From: an uncultured bacterium
Lineage (GTDB): Bacteria; Verrucomicrobiota; Lentisphaeria; Victivallales; UBA1829
Length of the DNA stretch: 24,208 bases
Assembly (NCBI GenBank): GCA_949290385.1
Contig: CASERY010000015.1
Span: 1-24,208 of the forward strand
Direction: 5' to 3'
Shown piece after piece: positions 18,179 to 24,208 of the stretch. The stretch's first letter is position 1. Every line of letters begins with the position of its first letter. Position numbers and translations under genes: made by a program. Below the pieces are notes generated by a model that was given only the letters and a program-made list of their open reading frames with translations, was not told the DNA's origin and searched no databases.

Positions 18179-18742
18179 ATGAGAAGCATTACAAAATTTG
18201 AATTGCAGTATGCCCACAGGTTTTACAAATTCCAGGGAGAGGCTCAATATCTGCATGGACACACCGGAATTCTAACAATTGAAGTGGAAGATTCCATTGA
18301 GCCCGGAGTTAATATGGTCTATCCCTGTAATGAGATCCAGAAGGTTGCCTGGAGTCTGCTGAAAAATTTTGACCATGCGCTGATTTTGCGTGAAGATGAC
18401 CCTCTGCTGCCGGCAATTCTTGATGTCTACGAAAAACAGGGCATTAAGAACGGTGCACCATCCAATAAAATGAAGGGTGAAGCTTTCCGCACGGAGCTTG
18501 CCACGGCCTATCCCGATGCCAGACTGGTTGTCACGAAAGAAAGCATGACCGTAGAAGGGATGATCAAAATTGTCTATGAACTGCTGAAGGACAAACTCAA
18601 TATTGCCAGAATTACTTTTACCAGCGGAGTCAATGCCGCTACTCAGGAATATACGCCTGTTAAAACAATCGATCGCTGTCCGCTTTGCGGCGTGGCTCTG
18701 GTCGATGGTGTATGCCCGAAGTGCGGCTATAAAAAACACTGA
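18179..18742 (+). CDS. 6-pyruvoyl-tetrahydropterin synthase (PTPS)/QueD-like family protein with a C-terminal CxxC...CxxC zinc ribbon
   Basis: 187 aa. Its Zn-binding His triad (AHRF ... YLHGH) is characteristic of the PTPS/QueD fold. The canonical QueD catalytic Cys four residues before HGH is absent (Ala here). The C-terminus carries CPLCG...CPKCG. Shine-Dalgarno site AAGGAA lies upstream. Stop is TGA. Confidence 0.6.
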   Translation: MRSITKFELQYAHRFYKFQGEAQYLHGHTGILTIEVEDSIEPGVNMVYPCNEIQKVAWSLLKNFDHALILREDDPLLPAILDVYEKQGIKNGAPSNKMKGEAFRTELATAYPDARLVVTKESMTVEGMIKIVYELLKDKLNIARITFTSGVNAATQEYTPVKTIDRCPLCGVALVDGVCPKCGYKKH

Positions 18743-18762
18743 TACTGAAAGATTCTGCAACA

Positions 18763-18799
18763 GCCCCTGGCCGGTATTTTTTCCCGGGCAGGGGTTTTT
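18763..18799. terminator. Bidirectional rho-independent terminator between convergent genes
   Basis: The stem GCCCCTGGCCGG pairs with CCGGGCAGGGG across the loop TATTTTTT and is followed by TTTTT. An A/T-rich run on the other side allows it to serve the minus-strand symporter as well. Confidence 0.7.
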
Positions 18800-18805
18800 G
18801 ATTTA

Positions 18806-20434
18806 TTATTTCCCGGAGGCAGTTTTCTTTTGAAAGCATTCATCCAGGAACGGTGCCGGAGGAGGAGAAGTCCAGATGCTGACTGCAATGAGTGCCAGTA
18901 CAGACAGCGGCAGAGAATAGATCATGGTGTCTACATACGGCCACGGAAATGTGCTGATGAGTTCTGTTTTCCCGGTAAGCATTTCACAAAGTCCCATTGC
19001 CGCTGATTCCTTCCGGTGCAAGAAGAACAGTCCGAACAGGCTTACCCCGACCCCGGTTCCCATGCTGGCCCAGACTCCCGCAGCGGTAGCCCTTCGCCAG
19101 TAAAGGGCTGCGGCATAAGCAGGTAGAAAAGCTGCGGCACAGACTCCGAAGAAAATGGCAGTTCCCCGGGCAATAATGCCGGGAGGAAGTGTGAACCCGA
19201 GAATCAGGCTGATAATAATGCCGAAGACAACCCCCATGCGTGTAATGGAAATGCTGTCCGATTCACTGCGGACCAGATTGCGGAAAAGATCGTGCCCGAT
19301 GGAACTTCCGGTGACATGAAACAGTGAGCTGAGTGTAGACATGGCAGCTGACAGCAATGTCAGAGAGAAAATATACAATACAACTTCGGGCAGAGCCTGT
19401 GAAATAAAAAGAGGAATAATGATATCCGGATTGCCACCGGCCGCTTCAATGGCAAGTTTCCCTGAAACACCTTCTGCAATCCCTTTGTCGGAATGATAGA
19501 AAAATACATTCGACAACGCTCCGACTACATATGCGGATCCCACTGTAAATAAGATAAACAGAGAACCGATCAATGTTGCACGGCTGAGTTCACGGCTGCT
19601 CCGGACTGTCATGAACCGTACAGCCAGCTGAGGCTGAGCCAGAGCGCCAATGCCTACTCCCAGCATCAGGCTTGATACCAGTGTCCACCACCATACAGAA
19701 TTGAAACGCGGCATGGCGGTCCATCCCAGATGGCCCAACGCAGCTTCAGTCGGCAGTCTTTCCTGGACCAGGGGAGCCATGGCGGTTAACTCCCGATGTG
19801 CTTCTGTTACTCCGCCCAGGAGCCAGTAGCTCATAACCAGTAGAGCTAACAGCCCCACTACCATGACTGTCCCCATCAGGGCATCTACATACATAACTCC
19901 TTTGAGTCCGCCGAAGATGACATAGACTGCCACAACTGCAGCGAACAGCAGCAGTGCCGCATGATAATTCATATGCAGAACACTCTGCAGAAAACGTGCG
20001 GCACCAATCAGAACAACGCTGGAATAGAGAGGCATGAAAATAAAAATAATCAGCGCAATGAAAATTTTCATTCCCCTGGACTGAAAACGGTTCCCGATAA
20101 ATTCCGGAAATGTGTGTGCATTCAAGGCCTTGCCAATGCGTCGTGTCCTTGTCCCGAAAAAGACGAATGCCACAAAAATTCCCACTGCAATATTCATGAA
20201 GGACAGCCATAGAAGTCCCATGCCGAATTGTCCTGCAATTCCGCCAAAGCCCACAATGGCAGAGGTGCTGATGAATGCCGCTCCGTAACTCATGGCCATG
20301 ACAAAAGGATGAACAGAACGTCCTGCCAGCAGATAATCCTGGTGATCCGTTGTGTGGCGGTAGCCCCGGTAGCCGAGCCAGGCAATACATAGTAAATAGA
20401 TGAGTGCTGTGATGCCGAACAACGTGGTATTCAT
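18806..20434 (-). CDS. Sodium:solute symporter (SSS) family transporter
   Basis: 542 aa with about 13 TM segments. The family-typical N-terminus (YLLAGRSV...) and GG/GA-rich helices are present. Stop is TAA at 18806-18808. Confidence 0.85.
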   Translation of the reverse strand: MNTTLFGITALIYLLCIAWLGYRGYRHTTDHQDYLLAGRSVHPFVMAMSYGAAFISTSAIVGFGGIAGQFGMGLLWLSFMNIAVGIFVAFVFFGTRTRRIGKALNAHTFPEFIGNRFQSRGMKIFIALIIFIFMPLYSSVVLIGAARFLQSVLHMNYHAALLLFAAVVAVYVIFGGLKGVMYVDALMGTVMVVGLLALLVMSYWLLGGVTEAHRELTAMAPLVQERLPTEAALGHLGWTAMPRFNSVWWWTLVSSLMLGVGIGALAQPQLAVRFMTVRSSRELSRATLIGSLFILFTVGSAYVVGALSNVFFYHSDKGIAEGVSGKLAIEAAGGNPDIIIPLFISQALPEVVLYIFSLTLLSAAMSTLSSLFHVTGSSIGHDLFRNLVRSESDSISITRMGVVFGIIISLILGFTLPPGIIARGTAIFFGVCAAAFLPAYAAALYWRRATAAGVWASMGTGVGVSLFGLFFLHRKESAAMGLCEMLTGKTELISTFPWPYVDTMIYSLPLSVLALIAVSIWTSPPPAPFLDECFQKKTASGK

Positions 20435-20571
20435 GATTTGCTGTTCTCCTTTGTCTCTTCTTCCTCATCGGAACGATTCCAGTTTAACACCCCGTAAACA
20501 ACGCAAATCAGCACGATAAGAATATTGGCGATGAATGCTGCGGCAACCCAGCCGTCTCCCAAACCAAGCAT
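20431..20571 (-). CDS. Symporter small accessory protein: a 46-aa single-TM ORF translationally coupled to the SSS gene
   Basis: It is not on the ORF track because it is shorter than 60 aa. The ATG at 20571 has Shine-Dalgarno site AAGGTGGA upstream and encodes MLGLGDGWVAAAFIANILIVLICVVYGVLNWNRSDEEEETKENSKS. Its TGA overlaps the ATG of the SSS gene (ATGA). Confidence 0.6.
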   Translation of the reverse strand: MLGLGDGWVAAAFIANILIVLICVVYGVLNWNRSDEEEETKENSKS

Positions 20572-20976
20572 GACAAATTTCCACCTTTCTAAAATAGCCT
20601 GAAACAGTCTGAATGAGTCTGAAACAAACTGTCTTCTGAAAATTTATAATATAAATATCCGGTACTATAAATGTGCAGTCGGGATACAGCAATAGACTGC
20701 TTTTGAATTTTGTGGAATCTTTCTATGCTTTTTTATGAAAAAAAGGTTATTTTTACCGAAAGTCAGAGGTTTGTATTGGAATGCGCCTCCCCAAAGAAAA
20801 AACTTTCATATCCACTGTTGTCTGAACGGGAACAACCTAAATAGATATAGACAGCGTTAAATAGAAAGCAAAAAAGTTTACAGGAAAACCATTTTATTCC
20901 ATATCCTGAAGACGTGCGTATTCCAACTGTGGATCTGTCGAAAACCCGTTTCGGCAGATAAAAAAAACTGAAATCC

Positions 20977-21909
20977 TCAGAAATGGTACGATTCTTTAGT
21001 GGAATCTGTTTGGTCCTCGTGACTGAATTTTTTGTAGATGCGCTTAAGAAAAAGTTCAGCTGCTCTGGAAAACAGTTGATCCTTTTTCCATACAAAATTC
21101 AAGCCTGATTCGAGACGGGGATTCAGCGGCCGGAAGCAAAGATCTCCAGGTCCTTTTGTATGAATAAGTTTATCAAGAGCAACAGCACAGCCGACACCTT
21201 CCTCAACCATCAGTGCGGCATTGTAAATTAAATTGTACGTTGCTGCAATATTTAAGTCTGCAGTGTCTTTTCCGAACCAGTCGGAATACGGGTTTTTCTC
21301 CGAAAGGTGCTGGACGGCCTGTTGGGAGCAGATCAGCGGAACAGACTGAAGATCCTGCCGGGTTATCGATTTTTTCCGGACAAGGGGACAATCCCGGCGC
21401 ATAATGAGGCCCCAGACATCCTTGGCCGGAAGACTGATGAAATGATATTTGGCAAGGCTGACCGGCTGAATCAGGATTCCGAAATCCAGCAAGCCTCTGT
21501 CAAGGCGTTCCATAACATCTTCTGCGTTGCCGCTGTAGAGGTGAAAACGAATTTCCGGATAGTCCTGCCGGACTTCCTGAATCAACTGGGCAATTTGCCG
21601 CATGGCTTCAGTTTCTCCTCCGCCAATATAAACATCTCCGCCGACTGTTCTGCCCATTGCGCTGAATTCAGATTCCGTCTTGTGGACGATGTCCAGAATT
21701 TCCTCTGCACGTTTCCGCAGAAGCATTCCCTCCGGCGTCAACGAGACTGCATGACTGCCTCGGATAAAAAGTTTTTGATCCAGTTCTTCCTCCAGGTCCT
21801 GCAATTGTCTTGAAAGTGTAGGCTGTGTAACATGCAACAGTCGGGCCGCTTTTGTCATGCTTCCGGTTTTCGCAACTCCGAGGAAGTAGCGCAATACTCT
21901 GATTTCCAT
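20977..21909 (-). CDS. LysR-family transcriptional regulator (LTTR)
   Basis: The preferred start is the ATG at 21909 with Shine-Dalgarno site AAGGAG 6 nt upstream (MEIRVLRYFLGVAKTGSMTKAARLLHVTQPTLSRQL is the N-terminal HTH). A C-terminal LysR substrate-binding domain follows. The track ORF runs to 21987 across the operator region. Stop is TGA. Confidence 0.85.
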   Translation of the reverse strand: MEIRVLRYFLGVAKTGSMTKAARLLHVTQPTLSRQLQDLEEELDQKLFIRGSHAVSLTPEGMLLRKRAEEILDIVHKTESEFSAMGRTVGGDVYIGGGETEAMRQIAQLIQEVRQDYPEIRFHLYSGNAEDVMERLDRGLLDFGILIQPVSLAKYHFISLPAKDVWGLIMRRDCPLVRKKSITRQDLQSVPLICSQQAVQHLSEKNPYSDWFGKDTADLNIAATYNLIYNAALMVEEGVGCAVALDKLIHTKGPGDLCFRPLNPRLESGLNFVWKKDQLFSRAAELFLKRIYKKFSHEDQTDSTKESYHF

Positions 21910-21962
21910 GATGGATACTCCTTTTTTACAGAGAAAATAGCTTTGGGATAAGATATATGAAT

Positions 21963-21987
21963 ATGATATAGATTTCAAGCATATCAT
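21963..21987. promoter_or_regulatory. LTTR box: perfect ATGATAT-N11-ATATCAT (T-N11-A) inverted repeat in the divergent LysR/hydrolase intergenic region
   Basis: The arms at 21963-21969 and 21981-21987 are exact reverse complements separated by 11 nt. The site lies 54 bp upstream of the LysR start codon, the canonical position for an autoregulatory site. Confidence 0.6.
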
Positions 21988-22466
21988 GATATAAGAAATA
22001 AGTATTCGCTATTTTAAAAAAAGTATTTACATTGAATTTAGAAAAGGTTTTCCTGTCAGGATATTGTACTGGAAAATGCAGACAAGGCTTTCTTTGTTTT
22101 GAAATGGATGGAAATGCCGTCCCCAGCGGAGTTTGCCAATAGGCCATGAAACGATGAATGCGAGTCAAATTCAGGTTTTTTGATCCTGATACTGCTGGTA
22201 ATCCTTCTGGCCATGAACTGGCCATGAAGCAATGGATGTGAGGCAAAGGGACAGGAGACTTTTTAAAATAGATTCAGAAGATTTGAAGGGAGAAAGAATT
22301 CCTCCGGAAATTAGAATGGAAGCAACGGTTGTTCAGTCTGACAGAGACTCTCATTGATTGCCTTTTGATACTGCATGGTGTCGTTCAATGGGAAGAAGTC
22401 TGACAGAAAAAACCGGAATTAATAAGTAAGAACATTAAAACAAATCTTTTGCAAGGAGAAATGAAA

Positions 22467-23513
22467 ATGAGTGGAAAACTGATTTGCAAAGTAAAAGCCG
22501 CCGTTCTCGGAGTATCTCTGACGGCTGCCGCACTGGCTGCCGAAAAGCCTGCAGATGCGGATAACTTTTACAAAAGTGACAAAGTTACTGTCAAACCTGT
22601 TGTATTCAACAATCAGTATCAAATGAAAATTGCCGGCAACCTGATGATTCCTGAAGATTTGCCGGAAGGGGCCTCTCTGCCTGCCATTATTGTTGGCCAT
22701 CCGATGGGGGCTGTAAAGGAACAGAGTGCCAATCTTTATGCTACCAAAATGGCAGAACGTGGGTTTATTACCCTGGCAATTGATCTTTCTTTCTGGGGCG
22801 GAAGCGAAGGGGAGCCGAGGAATGCTGTGTGTCCGGATCTCTATGCGGAGTCCTTCAGTGCGGCGGCAGATTATCTCCGGAGTCTACCATTTGTTGAAAG
22901 AGACCGTATTGGCGTTATTGGCATTTGCGGGAGTGGAAGTTTTGCAATCAGTGCAGCGAAAATAGATCCGCGCCTTAAGGCCATTGCAACTGTCAGCATG
23001 TATGATATGGGGCAGGCAAGCCGCAACGCTCTGCATCATTCTCTGACTCTTGAGCAGCGCAAGAAAATCATTGAAGAAGCAGCTCTTCAGCGAGATGTGG
23101 AATTTGCCGGGGGAGAAATCAAATATACCGGTGGAACTGTGCATGAAATTACGGAAAAGTCCAGCCCGGTGGAAATCGAATTCTTTGAATTCTATCGTAC
23201 TGCACGGGGAGAAGTTACTCCTGCTGGTGCGTCTCCGCTTACTACAACGCATCCAACTCTTTCAAGCAATACCAAATTCATGAATTTCTATCCGTTTGAG
23301 GATTTGGATATGATCGCTCCGCGGCCGCTGCTCTTTATCACTGGAGAAAATGCCCATTCCCGGGAGTTCAGCGAGGATGCCTATCGAAGAGCTTCAGAAC
23401 CCAAGGAACTTTTTATTGTGCCGAATGCAGGGCATGTGGATCTTTATGATCGTACAGAATTAATTCCATTTGATAAACTTGAAGATTTCTTCAAGCAGGC
23501 TCTGAAAAAATAA
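22467..23513 (+). CDS. Secreted alpha/beta-fold hydrolase (dienelactone-hydrolase/esterase-like)
   Basis: An ATG at 22467 or 22461 follows Shine-Dalgarno site AAGGAG. A signal peptide is present (KLICKVKAAVLGVSLTAAALAA). The nucleophile elbow is GICGSGS (GxSxG), and the conserved motifs HPMG and NAGH are present. Stop is TAA. It is divergent from the LysR gene. Confidence 0.75.
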   Translation: MSGKLICKVKAAVLGVSLTAAALAAEKPADADNFYKSDKVTVKPVVFNNQYQMKIAGNLMIPEDLPEGASLPAIIVGHPMGAVKEQSANLYATKMAERGFITLAIDLSFWGGSEGEPRNAVCPDLYAESFSAAADYLRSLPFVERDRIGVIGICGSGSFAISAAKIDPRLKAIATVSMYDMGQASRNALHHSLTLEQRKKIIEEAALQRDVEFAGGEIKYTGGTVHEITEKSSPVEIEFFEFYRTARGEVTPAGASPLTTTHPTLSSNTKFMNFYPFEDLDMIAPRPLLFITGENAHSREFSEDAYRRASEPKELFIVPNAGHVDLYDRTELIPFDKLEDFFKQALKK

Positions 23514-23534
23514 ACTTTACCTTGGTACAATATC

Positions 23535-23566
23535 CGGAGGGATTTTTTCCCTTCGGATTTTTTTGC
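23535..23566 (+). terminator. Rho-independent terminator after the hydrolase gene
   Basis: The stem CCGGAGGGA pairs with TCCCTTCGG (one mismatch) across a T-rich loop and is followed by ATTTTTTTGCTTTT. It starts 22 nt after the stop codon. Confidence 0.6.
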
Positions 23567-24185
23567 TTTTAAATGAATGAAAATGCTGAAGAGAAAATTC
23601 GTTTCGATTGATGCATGTGAAATGCCGGAACAAGAAAAAAGAAGAATGAACATTTTGTACTCTTGAACCGACATGTTTTGAATATCTTATGATAGGTTCT
23701 TCCGCACAAAATGAAAATAAAAAGAAATCTATTTTTCTGCCATTGGTTCTGTGTGGTTTCAGATTCTCTGGCTGGACCGCTACATTCCAGCGTTTGCAAA
23801 GGGTAAAAATTCCTGTATGCTTTTTTCCTGTGCTTTTTTCTGATTTTCTTTTCCAGATGAAGAAAGCTTTTAGGCCGGCGAAAAAAACTGTTCAGGGGTA
23901 GGGTCGGGCTGTTTTCTGTAAGACTTGAAAGATTTGTGTTCCCTGATGTCGAATTTCATTTCCCGAATAATAAATCAGATCATATCAGATCCGAAAAACT
24001 GACCTCACTATTTATTCCTGAATAGCTTATTTCGGCTTAAGAGAAGTTTTAAAAGGGCAGAAAGCGCATGTTTTATAAATATGCTGTTTTCTGTGTGTGT
24101 TATCATGTTTTTCAGGATACATTTTATCTTCCTTGTGTAAAAAACAGAAAACTTCTTTTTGTCTATGGAGAACAGGAAGGAAAAA

Positions 24186-24208
24186 ATGGAGCGAGTTAAC
24201 GGACTCGA
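24186..24208 (+). CDS. Possible 5' end of a gene running off the window (MERVNGL...)
   Basis: An ATG is preceded by GGAAGGAAAAA (Shine-Dalgarno-like). Only 7 codons are visible. Confidence 0.2.

Noticed and set aside
20940-20970. Hairpin CGAAA-ACCCG-TTTCG with an adjacent A-run downstream of the LysR gene
   Set aside because: The stem is only 5 bp. On the LysR-coding (minus) strand the U-run precedes rather than follows the hairpin, so it is not a convincing terminator.

Overview
This is a bacterial chromosomal segment with roughly 45-48% GC, Shine-Dalgarno sites (AAGGAG/GGAGG) ahead of most genes, and unusually long intergenic spacers of 300-700 bp. It carries mainly housekeeping and accessory-metabolism genes on both strands. 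Reading left to right, the window holds: the 3' end of a ComM/YifB Mg-chelatase-like ATPase; an NfeD-like membrane protein plus a flotillin (SPFH/Band-7) pair resembling yqiJ-yqiK, where the flotillin contains five tandem 66-bp coding repeats; a lipoprotein of unknown function; an M32 (Taq-type) carboxypeptidase; and a putative ceramidase-like hydrolase. A tRNA-Pro(CGG) follows, then on the minus strand an AraC-family regulator upstream of an MFS transporter, then a LacI-family regulator. Further along the plus strand sit a class-C-beta-lactamase-like serine hydrolase, an NAD-dependent epimerase/dehydratase, a Gfo/Idh/MocA oxidoreductase and a type-I dehydroquinase-like protein. A Fur-family (Zur/PerR-like) regulator lies beside a PTPS/QueD-like protein that carries a Zn ribbon. 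The window ends with a sodium:solute symporter whose 46-aa accessory ORF overlaps it by ATGA, and a LysR regulator divergent from a secreted alpha/beta hydrolase, with a perfect T-N11-A box between them.

The most unusual signal is that three unrelated, otherwise intact and well-conserved genes (MFS transporter, AraC regulator, NAD-epimerase) each carry exactly one in-frame TAG. In every case the TAG falls where homologs have an ordinary sense residue, and conserved sequence continues in the same frame on both sides. No gene in the window is interrupted by TAA or TGA, and only one gene, the flotillin, visibly terminates with TAG. This pattern suggests amber read-through or reassignment (suppressor tRNA, Pyl-like system, or code change) rather than random pseudogenisation, though nonsense mutation or sequencing error cannot be excluded from one window.
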